NCBI GenBank assembly: GCA_963742415.1
Contig: CAVULX010000004.1
Location: 800,001 to 864,000 of the forward strand
Origin: an uncultured Parachlamydiaceae bacterium
GTDB taxonomy: Bacteria > Chlamydiota > Chlamydiia > Chlamydiales > Parachlamydiaceae
DNA: 64,000 bases
Direction of reading: 5' to 3'
The notes beneath the pieces were generated by a model. The model saw only the letters and a program-made list of their open reading frames with translations. It was not told the origin of the DNA and ran no database searches. Positions within the stretch are counted from its first letter, which is position 1. Each line of letters opens with the position of its first letter. The translations under genes and the position numbers were made by a program. Shown here one piece after another: positions 1 to 8,774 of the stretch.

Positions 1-333
1 TTCAGCTAACAAAACTTGCAGTTTTGCTTTAATGGGCGGGAGTTCGTGTTTCACAACTGCCCAGGTAAGAGAAAGATCCACATCAAAATACTCGTGAATT
101 AAAACGTCTCTCATTCCAGTCATCTGCTTCCAAGGAATTTCAGGGTGTTTTGTCTTAAGTGATGTCGGAATATTCTTTGCGGCTTCACCGATAATCTCAA
201 GACGACGAATGATTGCATCTTGCATCGCAGTATTTTTATTGAATTTACCGGTCGTCAAATTTTCTGTATATTTTTCAATCAACTCGATTGATTCAATGAT
301 GTGTCCAATAAACACCTTGGGATCTTTCTTCAC
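1..333 (-). CDS. HepT-like (DUF86/HEPN) ribonuclease toxin, runs off window edge
   Basis: Manual translation from GTG at 333: MKKDPKVFIGHIIESIE...DAIIRRLEIIGEAAKNIP...IPWKQMTGMRDVLIHEYFDVD, with the RxxxxH HEPN motif. GTGA overlap with the upstream MNT gene. Absent from the ORF track because no stop lies in the window. Confidence 0.9.
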   Translation of the reverse strand, partial: MKKDPKVFIGHIIESIELIEKYTENLTTGKFNKNTAMQDAIIRRLEIIGEAAKNIPTSLKTKHPEIPWKQMTGMRDVLIHEYFDVDLSLTWAVVKHELPPIKAKLQVLLAE

Positions 334-626
334 AAAATTAAAACCTGTTCTGCAAGAATTTGTTCACGTATTCTCCAATAGATCGAGTTATAAGTGACGA
401 TGTCAACTTTTCGTCCTAAAGTATCCTCTAACTCAAACTTAAGATTGACCAAGTCAAAAAGGCTTTTATTTTTTGCCTTGTACTCGATAAGGATATCCAC
501 ATCGCTGCTCGCTTTAGCTTCTCCACGTGCAAAGGATCCGAAAATTGCAGCCCGCTTGACGGCATGCCGCTTTAAAATCGGTAATGATCGTTTCTTAATG
601 CCTGAAACCGTGCTTACTTTTTCCAT
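330..626 (-). CDS. MntA-like minimal nucleotidyltransferase antitoxin
   Basis: GSFARGE...SDVD motif, 98 aa from ATG at 626, coupled to the HEPN gene. Confidence 0.9.
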   Translation of the reverse strand: MEKVSTVSGIKKRSLPILKRHAVKRAAIFGSFARGEAKASSDVDILIEYKAKNKSLFDLVNLKFELEDTLGRKVDIVTYNSIYWRIREQILAEQVLIL

Positions 627-654
627 TTTTTCACCATACTGGCACCAGCATAAC

Positions 655-693
655 ATTTACGCAAATTTTAAGCACTAGACTGCAAAAAACTGG
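655..693 (+). repeat. 39-bp direct repeat, copy 1
   Basis: atttacgcaaattttaagcactagactgcaaaaaactgg; 37/39 identical to 3205-3243. Confidence 0.9.
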
Positions 694-817
694 TGTAAAA
701 TGACGCAAAGCAGCACCATCAAAAGCTTAATAATCAAATACCCCTTTTCAAAAGGCCTAAAGGTCCTTGGATTGTTTAGATAAAAGGACATCATTTCTAA
801 CAGGTAGGTTAAAAAAT

Positions 818-1461
818 ATGTCATTAGTTATTCGCCAAGTTTCCACTGTACAAGAATATTTTAATAAGCATGAAAATCAAATTTGTCAAGAAGGTCTCAA
901 GGAACAATTTAGCAAAGTTTCTGATGCCCTAGAGTCTATTTCTAAATCTCTACTTCGGGAAAATCGGGATCTGTTTCATGAAGCTGAAGCCACTTATAAA
1001 GCACATAGAGTCATTCGACTGATTAAGTCTTTTGATATTCCTTCAGAAGCTACAACAGCACTACATGTTTTTAATACTTCTCTTAACAAGCTTATGAAAT
1101 ATTTTGGATTTAAAGGTTTAGATCTTGATGTCATTAACAATATACCCAATGACGATTCTCTTGAAATTCTAGCTCAAAAGTATGTTGACGTAGCCTCTAG
1201 ATCTTTAGCCCAGATCATATCATTTCGAATTTACTTTGTGCTCAATATTGCTATCGACAGCTAGATGTAAATCATATCGAAGAAAGGGCTAAATTAGAAA
1301 AATGGCTTACGGCTCTTAAAAATGCATTGAAAGTTAGTGAAGTTTTTGAGGCTTTCTTAATTTATAATGTTCAATTTTCGATCCAACACTCACAATTTTT
1401 TGAGGTAATTGAAGATTTTAGCAAAGGTGGCAACGAAAAATCAACTTCAGTAAGGGTATAA
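818..1461 (+). pseudogene. Hypothetical protein, probably frameshifted near 1201-1264
   Basis: ORF from ATG 818 stops at 1264. A second frame is open from 1201 to 1461 (SPDHIISNLLCAQYCYRQLD...STSVRV) without its own start. Confidence 0.45.
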
Positions 1462-1517
1462 AGCTAATGTGATGAAATGGATAAATCAATTAAAGAAATC
1501 GCAAGAAGGTGGCATTG

Positions 1518-1817
1518 AAAAGCGAAATTGAAATGTCTAGCAAAAATTGAACGACTGAAGCAAGAAGGGCATCAATTGCGTAGACCTGAAGCTGATTGCT
1601 CAGAGACAAGATTTATGAACTGAGGGCTAGTTTGCAAGGGATTCACTATTGTATCCTTTATTTTTTTCAAGGTGACTTGGCTGCGGTATTGTCTCATGGT
1701 ATCATAAAAGAAGGTTGTGTTCCCACGATAGAGATCACACGAGCGATAGAACGTCGGAAGAATTTCGAGAAGAACCCAAAAGCACATACTTTTGAGGAGG
1801 AGGTTGAAAATGGCTAA
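1518..1817 (+). pseudogene. RelE/HigB (Gp49-like) toxin, 5'-truncated and frameshifted
   Basis: KAKLKCLAKIERLKQEGHQLRRPEAD joins LRDKIYELRASLQGIHYCILYFF...SHGIIKE only through a 1-nt frameshift at about 1596. Confidence 0.75.
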
Positions 1818-1944
1818 AACCAAAAATAAAACAAGAGATGATGCAGTTGAAATCTTGCATCGCCGTCTTGTCGCTGGAAATCCGGAAAGAATGGCCGAAC
1901 TTGAGAAAATTCGTGCTGATGATGCTGTAGCAAGGAAAAACTGA
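1810..1944 (+). pseudogene. HigA-like antitoxin N-terminus, truncated before the HTH
   Basis: MAKTKNKTRDDAVEILHRRLVAGNPERMAELEKIRADDAVARKN* (44 aa), overlapping the toxin stop. Confidence 0.6.
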
Positions 1945-1988
1945 AACAACAGAGCTTTGATTCGACGAAAAAATAACTTGGACTGAGT

Positions 1989-3041
1989 TTACATAGAGTT
2001 AACCTTTCTCCATTTTGCAAGTGGACCTCGTCCCAGGCATTCAAGGCGTTTTTCTTCTCTTTCATGTCGGAGGATTTTGCGGATCATATCAATGCCGACG
2101 GTAGGGCAAGCCTCTTGAATTTCTTGTATAGAGAACTCACCATAAAATTGTTGGATGCAAGTGAGTACGGCAGCAGATTTTACTCCTTTAGAATTGTCGA
2201 TATTCCCCAATCTTTGTTCGAACTGTTTATAAGCTTCCAAAAGTGTGAAGCAAAAGTATTCCCACCAGGGAATTAGACTATGTGCGCTTTCATGCCAACC
2301 TACAGAAGAACGTTTAAGGCTTTCGTAATAACCATCCTTTGTTTCTTCAATGATTTTTTCCAAGCTAATATATCGTCCGACTTCGTAGCCTGCTTTGTAC
2401 AAAAGCAAGAGAGAAATAAGACGAGAAAGTCTTCCATTTCCGTCGCTGAACGGATGAATGCAAAGAAAATCGAGAATGTAACTAGCTACTAACAGCAATC
2501 GTTCTATATCATGAGCTTCCCATTTTTCATTGAACTCATTATGCAATTGATTCATTGCATCGGGAGTTAGAAATGCTGCCAAGGGTTTAAATCGAATAAT
2601 TCTGGACCCATCTTCATATTCTTCTTCGATAAGGTTGTCTGTGGTTTTCCATTGACCCGCCGGTTTTGAAGTATAACGATAGATCTCTTGATGGAGTTGC
2701 AATACTAAGTTTTCTCTAAAGGGCATTTGTTTGTGATTCTGATGAATAATCCCTAGAGCATGCTTATATCCAAATATTTCTTCCTCTGATCGATTTCTAG
2801 GAGTTGTTTTTTCACGGACTAATTCAACAATTCTTTTGTGCGGAGCTGTTATGCCTTCGATTCTGTTCGAGCTTTCAATACTTTGAATAGATGCTGCCTC
2901 TTGTAGATTGTTCAAAATTTGTGGCGATTGGTGTCTATATAGGTCTTGCTTCCCTTTATACTCCTTAATAGTGCTGATCATTTTAAGCAAGTGATGGGTT
3001 GGGAGTTGTCGCTCGATAAAATTTAGTTTAAACGATTTCAT
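1989..3041 (-). CDS. Fic family protein with N-terminal autoinhibitory motif and probable C-terminal wHTH
   Basis: HPFSDGNGRLSR Fic motif; SNRIEG inhibitory (S/T)xxxE(G/N) motif. Confidence 0.92.
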   Translation of the reverse strand: MKSFKLNFIERQLPTHHLLKMISTIKEYKGKQDLYRHQSPQILNNLQEAASIQSIESSNRIEGITAPHKRIVELVREKTTPRNRSEEEIFGYKHALGIIHQNHKQMPFRENLVLQLHQEIYRYTSKPAGQWKTTDNLIEEEYEDGSRIIRFKPLAAFLTPDAMNQLHNEFNEKWEAHDIERLLLVASYILDFLCIHPFSDGNGRLSRLISLLLLYKAGYEVGRYISLEKIIEETKDGYYESLKRSSVGWHESAHSLIPWWEYFCFTLLEAYKQFEQRLGNIDNSKGVKSAAVLTCIQQFYGEFSIQEIQEACPTVGIDMIRKILRHEREEKRLECLGRGPLAKWRKVNSM

Positions 3042-3042
3042 A

Positions 3043-3145
3043 TATAGGTACTGAATTTAGTTTGTAATACCTATATAATAGGTATTTTACCTATATGCGT
3101 CAAGATTTCTCGGTATAGGTAATAAAACTCTTGCAAATACCTATA
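3043..3145 (-). promoter_or_regulatory. Sigma70-like promoter of fic overlapped by a TATAGGTA/TACCTATA array
   Basis: Minus strand TTGACG (3103-3098), 17 nt, TATTAT (3080-3075). Six copies of the motif in alternating orientation. Palindrome aatacctat-ata-ataggtatt at 3066-3086. Confidence 0.65.
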
Positions 3146-3150
3146 TATTG

Positions 3151-3191
3151 GGTACCCTATTCAACATCTTTAGGTACCCTATTCAACATCT
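3151..3191 (+). repeat. 19-bp tandem duplication
   Basis: ggtaccctattcaacatct at 3151-3169 and 3173-3191. Confidence 0.9.
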
Positions 3192-3204
3192 ATGGAATTT
3201 AGGA

Positions 3205-3243
3205 ATTTACGCAAATTTTACGCACTCGACTGCAAAAAACTGG
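3205..3243 (+). repeat. 39-bp direct repeat, copy 2
   Basis: atttacgcaaattttacgcactcgactgcaaaaaactgg, with an internal tttacgca doublet. Confidence 0.9.
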
Positions 3244-3247
3244 CGAA

Positions 3248-3526
3248 TTGGAAACTCAAAAACGACAGTTGGGATCTGCAATAATGAAGCAAATGCAAAA
3301 TAAAACCCTTCAAATTCCAGGCTTTTTAGTCAGGCGCTGCAGCCGACTGTCTATAAAAATGACGCTTGAAGAAGCTCGTTCAATTAATGCCATCTGCGTA
3401 GAGGAGTCTATTGATAAAGAAAAAATCAAAGCTCTTTATAATTGCGGCAATAAGATTAATGGCGTTACCGAAATTCACTATATCCAAATTCAAGAGCTTC
3501 CCCTCGCTTCCTATAAAAAGGATTGA
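3248..3526 (+). pseudogene. Probable C-terminal gene fragment, function unknown
   Basis: TTG start with no evident RBS, directly after the direct repeat. IDKEKIKALYNCGNKINGV loosely resembles Gp157-like tails. Confidence 0.3.
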
Positions 3527-3574
3527 ATATTTTTAGGTGTGGGAAGGAAAACGGATGCTGCTATGACTTTAATC

Positions 3575-3898
3575 TCAGTTCGTTGCATTTACAAGCTTGG
3601 CTAGGGTATGCAATGTAGGATTTTTACTTTTGAAGGCATGGTAATATGTCGTTCTCGGAATGTCATGCTCTCTGGCGAGCTTGCTTTTATTTTTAGCACC
3701 GAGATGAGACTCCAAAATCTCAATCACACCGTCGGGATCGTTATCTTTCAAGCATTCCCAAATAGCCTTCGCTATAAGCTGTTCATCCAATAAATCCTTC
3801 ATTGGATCATACTCTCGCGGCTTTTTCTTTAATTTAATCATCTTCGACCCACTCTTTGTATATTTTCTCTGCTTTATTGATGTCCTTCGCCTGACCAT
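3575..3898 (-). CDS. Addiction-module antidote (HI1420-like HTH antitoxin)
   Basis: YDPMKDLLDEQLIAKAIWECLKDNDPDG...SKLAREHDIPRTTYYHAFKSKNPTLHTLAKL. Confidence 0.75.
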   Translation of the reverse strand: MVRRRTSIKQRKYTKSGSKMIKLKKKPREYDPMKDLLDEQLIAKAIWECLKDNDPDGVIEILESHLGAKNKSKLAREHDIPRTTYYHAFKSKNPTLHTLAKLVNATN

Positions 3899-3929
3899 TT
3901 TTATTTCCTCCTATTAGCAACAACAATGG
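3834..3929 (-). pseudogene. 3' remnant of addiction-module killer (HI1419-like RelE toxin)
   Basis: LLLLIGGNKNGQAKDINKAEKIYKEW matches the family C-terminal LLxGGxKxxQxxDI pattern. The upstream sequence shows no such similarity. Confidence 0.7.
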
Positions 3930-4067
3930 AAATGGAATGTACCTTCTATTTGTTTGATTTTTTTCAGAATTAGCAGCGATTTTTACTGCTGACTGAAGAA
4001 AGAGGCGCCTGCAGTGTTGTGTGGATATAATTGATGGTCTTGTTCGGATTGCATTGTATCGACTCAC

Positions 4068-4472
4068 TTATGAATTTCGTGCTTTTGCTACCATAGATAC
4101 GCTATTGCGAGTTTGAGCAGGAGAATGGAAAACAGCTACACGGGCTTTCCGATTACGGGGCTTAGATTTAACAATAATATCGACATCTTGGCCAATTCCA
4201 TTGAGAAAATGAATTAAACGCTCGATTGAATATCCTCTAAAGCGCCCATTTAAAAGCTCAGATAATTTAGGCTGAGAAATACCAAATATTTCAGCGGCTT
4301 GTGTCTGTGTTAATTTTTTTTTCTTAATGATTTTGCTTATTTCCATCACAAGATTGGATTTTGTTTCCATCTCCTCATGATTTTTAAATCCGAGGTCAGC
4401 ATAGACCCTTCCAGAGCCTATTTCCACTCTGTTATCGGCGAGCTCCTCTTCATATGTTGTTTTGCTTTTCAT
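4068..4472 (-). CDS. HigA-like XRE-HTH antitoxin
   Basis: GSGRVYADLG...LTQTQAAEIFGISQPKLSELLNGRFRGYSIERL. ATG at 4472 forms an ATGA overlap with the toxin remnant. Confidence 0.85.
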   Translation of the reverse strand: MKSKTTYEEELADNRVEIGSGRVYADLGFKNHEEMETKSNLVMEISKIIKKKKLTQTQAAEIFGISQPKLSELLNGRFRGYSIERLIHFLNGIGQDVDIIVKSKPRNRKARVAVFHSPAQTRNSVSMVAKARNS

Positions 4473-4625
4473 ATTTTCCCCCATTCGAGCAACCATGCTT
4501 TATATTTTTGTTCAGCCAGCTTAAATCGGCTTTTAATCAAATCAACGTCTTGTTTTGGCGTTGCAATGCCTTCTTTTGATTTCTTTTGAAATACATGCAG
4601 CACAGCAATGGCTTCCTTAAATTTT
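4469..4625 (-). pseudogene. 3' half of HigB/Gp49-like toxin
   Basis: Manual translation KFKEAIAVLHVFQKKSKEGIATPKQDVDLIKSRFKLAEQKYKAW...*; N-terminal half absent. Confidence 0.8.
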
Positions 4626-4674
4626 TTGGAGCTTGTTGAATTTTGATTTAAAATATTAAAATAAACTTCAAGCT

Positions 4675-5292
4675 ATGAACGAAATTAACGAAATAAAATG
4701 GGTGGTTTATATCATCCAAGCAAAGTCAGGCAAACTCTATACGGGTATTACTAACGATATGGAGCGCAGGCTAGCGGCTCATGCCTGTAAAAAAGGGGCT
4801 CGTTTTTTTCATTTTTCAAGTCCTGAAAAAGTTCTGTTTCAAGAGCTGCATCCCAACCGATCTGAAGCTGCAAAGCGGGAAATAGCAATAAAAAGAATGA
4901 GCCGTAAAGAAAAACTTTTCCTTACTGGAGGATCAATGCATAAAATTATTCTTCCTGCATCCGACGATGATCTGTTTAAGGAATGTGAAATATCTACTTA
5001 TCGCGCTTCCGGAGCGGGAGGACAGCATGTGAATGTCACTGACAGCGCTGTACGCCTCACCCATATCCCTACGGGGATTGTCGTCACAAGCCAACAGGAA
5101 CGGAGCCAATATCTTAATAAAAGAATCTGCCTCGAAAAGCTGCGGAAAAGTGTTGAAAAACTCAACTACAGAAAACCGAGGCGCATTCCCACAAAAATCC
5201 CCCGTTCAGTAAAAGAAAAAAATAGTGAAAAGAAATCCAAGATTTCCAACATTAAAAGATTGCGGCGGCCTCCTTCACATGAACATGAATAA
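4675..5292 (+). CDS. GIY-YIG nuclease (UPF0213-like) fused in frame to an ArfB/YaeJ-like peptidyl-tRNA hydrolase
   Basis: N-half VYII...[12 protein letters not shown]...RSEAAKRE; C-half [21 protein letters not shown]...ERSQ..NK plus basic tail. Internal GGAGGA and ATG at 4936. Confidence 0.85.
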   Translation: MNEINEIKWVVYIIQAKSGKLYTGITNDMERRLAAHACKKGARFFHFSSPEKVLFQELHPNRSEAAKREIAIKRMSRKEKLFLTGGSMHKIILPASDDDLFKECEISTYRASGAGGQHVNVTDSAVRLTHIPTGIVVTSQQERSQYLNKRICLEKLRKSVEKLNYRKPRRIPTKIPRSVKEKNSEKKSKISNIKRLRRPPSHEHE

Positions 5293-5302
5293 TCAGGTAT
5301 AC

Positions 5303-6595
5303 CTATTTGACCTTAGAGTTATGTGAGAAGCGATTATTGCTTGAGGCTCTGCCTGTAGGCTTGGAGCTTCCCCTTCCACCATTTCCGCCTCTGCGTGAGG
5401 ATGCAGATCGTCGATTCCTCCCTCCTCTTCCATTTACGATTGGCTCAGCCTTAATGGAGGGATCGGGTTCAAAGCCAGGCATCACTATTTTTGCAATCTT
5501 GCATTTTAAAAGGCGCTCGATATCAATGAGGAGTTTAGCTTCATCAATACAGACTAATGAAACGGCTTTTCCCTCTTTACCGGCACGACCTGTCCGTCCG
5601 ATCCTATGGACGTAATCCTCTGGAACATTTGGAAGATCAAAATTGACAACGTAGGGGAGGTGATTAATGTCTAAGCCGCGCGCTGCGATATCAGTTGCTA
5701 CCAATACACGGATTTGACCCTGTTTGAAATCTGCCAATGCCTTTGTCCGCATCCCTTGGCTCTTGTTTCCATGGATCGCGGCAACTTCAATTCCATCCAT
5801 TTCCAGCTGCTTAGTGAGTCGGTTGGCTCCATGCTTTGTGCGGGTAAAAACTAGCACTTGTCTCCAATTTTCTGTGGTGATCAAATGGGAGAGCAGCTCC
5901 CGCTTTCGTTTGCTGTCCACGGGGTAAATGGTTTGTGTTATCTCCACGGCAATCGTGTTGGGCTGTGCTACCTGAATTTTCTTGGGAGAACGCAAGAAGC
6001 CTTCGGCGAGTTTCGCGATTTCATCGGAGAAGGTCGCAGAAAACATCAAATTCTGCCGGTTTTTCGGCATCATTGTGAGAATTTTTCGAATGTCATGAAT
6101 AAAGCCCATATCCAGCATGCGGTCGGCTTCGTCGAGGACGAAGATCTCAACATTAGAGAGATCTACAGCTTTTTGGCTGGCGAGATCAAAAAGGCGCCCA
6201 GGTGTTGCTACCAAGACATCCACGCCATTGCTTAGATTGCGAATTTGAGGGTTGATATTCACACCGCCAAAGACGACTGTCGATTTCAGTGACAAATACT
6301 TGCTGTACGTTTTTACGCTTTCTTCAACTTGAGCGGCTAATTCGCGTGTAGGAGTTAAGATCAATGCACGTACGCCATATCGACGTCTTGAATTGTTTTT
6401 CTTTATCAGGTTTTGTAGGAGCGGCAGGGTGAAGCCTGCAGTTTTGCCTGTGCCCGTTTGCGAGCCTGCAAGTAAATCGCCGCCTTTGAGAATGAGGGGG
6501 ATTGCTTGTTGTTGTATTGGAGTGGCATCGTTGTAGCCTTTGTCTGCGACAGCGCGGAGCAGTTCGGTCAAAAGGCCAAAATCTTTAAATGACAT
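5303..6595 (-). CDS. rhlE: DEAD-box RNA helicase RhlE
   Basis: Q-motif, [29 protein letters not shown]; Arg/Gly-rich tail. Confidence 0.9.
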   Translation of the reverse strand: MSFKDFGLLTELLRAVADKGYNDATPIQQQAIPLILKGGDLLAGSQTGTGKTAGFTLPLLQNLIKKNNSRRRYGVRALILTPTRELAAQVEESVKTYSKYLSLKSTVVFGGVNINPQIRNLSNGVDVLVATPGRLFDLASQKAVDLSNVEIFVLDEADRMLDMGFIHDIRKILTMMPKNRQNLMFSATFSDEIAKLAEGFLRSPKKIQVAQPNTIAVEITQTIYPVDSKRKRELLSHLITTENWRQVLVFTRTKHGANRLTKQLEMDGIEVAAIHGNKSQGMRTKALADFKQGQIRVLVATDIAARGLDINHLPYVVNFDLPNVPEDYVHRIGRTGRAGKEGKAVSLVCIDEAKLLIDIERLLKCKIAKIVMPGFEPDPSIKAEPIVNGRGGRNRRSASSRRGGNGGRGSSKPTGRASSNNRFSHNSKVK

Positions 6596-6850
6596 AATAA
6601 ATATTCCTGTATGATTGGTCCACCCAAACTAAAAAATGGAATAGTCTAGACCAGTAAATTAATGTATAATGCTTTGGGTTAATCTAAAGGAATTAACATA
6701 AGAAATTGATGTGGACTATATCACACCAATGAGCTCAAAAGCTTTGCTTTCTGTTAGAAAGTACTTAAATTCTAGCAGAAAAGTTTATCTTTGTAAAGGA
6801 TGATCGTGGTCCTAATCAAATACCACAGCTCATCTGTCGATTCTTTCGCA

Positions 6851-6985
6851 CCGCTTCCTAAAATCTGTACATTTCTATACAGGGCTTAGTTCCTGGTTCA
6901 TCCAAGCTGGTTGTAATGATGTTTTGAGCACTATTACAGAGCCGTCTTGTCCGCAGGCTTTAATTCCGGCAAAGCTTGCCGTACT
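6851..6985 (-). ncRNA. Putative TnpB omega/reRNA scaffold
   Basis: Overlaps the tnpB 3' end and the IS right end, the known location of TnpB scaffolds. Hairpin cggcaagctttgccg. Boundaries approximate. Confidence 0.55.
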
Positions 6986-8053
6986 AATGAGTTTTTCAAG
7001 GCACTTAGCTGCATTCAAATCGCGATCGATTTCTAATTGGCATTCCATGCAGTTATACACCCTTTCTGACAAAGGGAGATCTTCTTTATAATTTCCACAT
7101 GAAGAACATTTTTTTGATGAGGCATACCATCTGTCTGCAACAAAAACTTTATTGCCTCTTAGCACAGATTTGTATTGAAGCTGCCTTCTAAACTCATACC
7201 AGCCTCCATCTAGAATATGCCTTGATAATCTTTTATTTTTTACCATTTTTGATATTTCTAGATCCTCGATACTAATGTTCCCATAATTGTTAGTCAGCAT
7301 CGTTGTCAATTTATGCAATGCATCATTTCTATTGCATGCAATCTTGTAATACAGTCTGGCCACTCGCTTCTTTGCTTTTTGCCAATTTAGCGAGCCTTTT
7401 TGTTTTTTCGTTAAGCGCCTTTGGTAGCGTTTTAATCGATATAATTGCTGTTTCAATGGTTGATTATTTGGAATGACTTTTCCATCTGAAAGTGTGGCCA
7501 AATTTTTAATACCTAAATCTACTCCCACGCTTGCTTGGCTTTTGCATGGCGAAGGCCGTTGATCTGTCTCTACACTAACACTGATAAACCAATAATCTGC
7601 TACTCTTGAAATTGTTGCACCATTGATTTTGCCTACAAATCGCAAAGATTCCCTCAACCGAACCCAACCTAGGTTTGGAATCTTCACCCGTTTTCCTATA
7701 ATTTTAAGTTGATCTCCTCCTATGTAAAAGCTGTCGTGAATTCCCTTTTTTTTATATCTCGGATAGTTTGTCTTTTTCTCAAAAAACGATTGAAAAGCTC
7801 TTTGAAGGTAAATAAAAGGCTGTTGACAGGCATATTTGGTAACTTCGTATACCCAAGGATATTCTTTGTCTTTTAATCGATTAAATTCTTTCTTAAGCTC
7901 TAAGGCATTTGGTTTGCCACCAGCTTTATATATTTCTTCCCATTTTGCCAGGGCCCAATTCCATGCAAAGCGGGCTATTCCACAGGCTTTGCGAAAATAT
8001 TTTTCTTGCTTGCAGGTAAAATCTAAGCGTACTTTATGTGTGAGCGTTGCCAT
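6875..8053 (-). CDS. tnpB: RNA-guided endonuclease TnpB
   Basis: RuvC-I GVDLG, RuvC-II IEDL, Zn finger CSSC...CMEC, RuvC-III DRDLNAA. Confidence 0.95.
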   Translation of the reverse strand: MATLTHKVRLDFTCKQEKYFRKACGIARFAWNWALAKWEEIYKAGGKPNALELKKEFNRLKDKEYPWVYEVTKYACQQPFIYLQRAFQSFFEKKTNYPRYKKKGIHDSFYIGGDQLKIIGKRVKIPNLGWVRLRESLRFVGKINGATISRVADYWFISVSVETDQRPSPCKSQASVGVDLGIKNLATLSDGKVIPNNQPLKQQLYRLKRYQRRLTKKQKGSLNWQKAKKRVARLYYKIACNRNDALHKLTTMLTNNYGNISIEDLEISKMVKNKRLSRHILDGGWYEFRRQLQYKSVLRGNKVFVADRWYASSKKCSSCGNYKEDLPLSERVYNCMECQLEIDRDLNAAKCLEKLISTASFAGIKACGQDGSVIVLKTSLQPAWMNQELSPV

Positions 8054-8654
8054 TAACTAAAACCCTAGCTGCTTCAACAAGCTTTTTATTTTTGTGGCTT
8101 CTCGCCCCATATAATCTTGCAGAAAATACTGTAATAATCTCCAATACATCTTTGGCAAGTTCTTCTTCAAAAGAAACATCATCACCTTGATTGATGATGA
8201 CTACTTCAACTTGGCGTGCTTGACAGAGTGCAAATATAAGCTCTGCCCCAAATCGAAGCAAGCGGTCTTTATGAGTTAAAACCAATCTTCGGATTTTTTT
8301 GTCTAAAATCAAATCTAAAAGCTTTTTCAAGCCCTTTTTATAATAATTCATTCCGGATCCAAGATCTTGAATGATTTCATGATCCCACCCATGTGAGGTA
8401 CAGAAGGAAGAAAGCAATTTGGCTTGTCTTACTAAATCTTCTTTTTGGTCGTGGCTTGAAACTCTCGCATAGCCAATTGTTAGATCGCTTTTAGGGAATT
8501 TTAATCCTAATAGCTTGTCTAAATTATAATATCGTGTTTTACCGGAACTTCGGCGGTCGGGCTTAAGTGATCCTTGCAATTCCCATCGCCTCAAAGTTTG
8601 AACAGAAACACCTAATATTTCTGCTGCTTTGCCAATCTTAACAAATCTACTCAT
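8034..8654 (-). CDS. tnpA: IS607 serine recombinase TnpA
   Basis: MerR-like HTH (AAEILGVSVQTLRRWE), YARVSSHDQ, DRLLRFG, FSARLYG. Confidence 0.95.
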   Translation of the reverse strand: MSRFVKIGKAAEILGVSVQTLRRWELQGSLKPDRRSSGKTRYYNLDKLLGLKFPKSDLTIGYARVSSHDQKEDLVRQAKLLSSFCTSHGWDHEIIQDLGSGMNYYKKGLKKLLDLILDKKIRRLVLTHKDRLLRFGAELIFALCQARQVEVVIINQGDDVSFEEELAKDVLEIITVFSARLYGARSHKNKKLVEAARVLVNGNAHT

Positions 8655-8774
8655 ATGAGTAGATATTATCAGATTTGTATAGATTTTATCAAGCTGTTAT
8701 TAACCCCAATTTCCAATTTTTCGGGGTGAAGACTATTTCAATTAAAAGTCTGAAATCGTCCAACCACCCCCCAT

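Larger units (their letters stand above)
6851..8705 (-). mobile_element. IS607-family insertion sequence (tnpA + tnpB)
   Basis: Serine recombinase overlapping tnpB. Left end GGttaataacag with (a)aatct repeats, right end ...gattttaggaagcGG. GG at both junctions and no TIR/TSD, as expected for IS607. Confidence 0.88.

Noticed and set aside
3043..3191. Possible CRISPR array or plasmid iterons
   Set aside because: Repeats are about 8 bp and alternate in orientation, with no unique 30-40 nt spacers and no cas or rep gene.
6851..8705. IStron (group I intron-IS607) or Cas12-CRISPR locus
   Set aside because: The left end is only about 50 bp from the tnpA start, leaving no room for a ribozyme; no array is adjacent.
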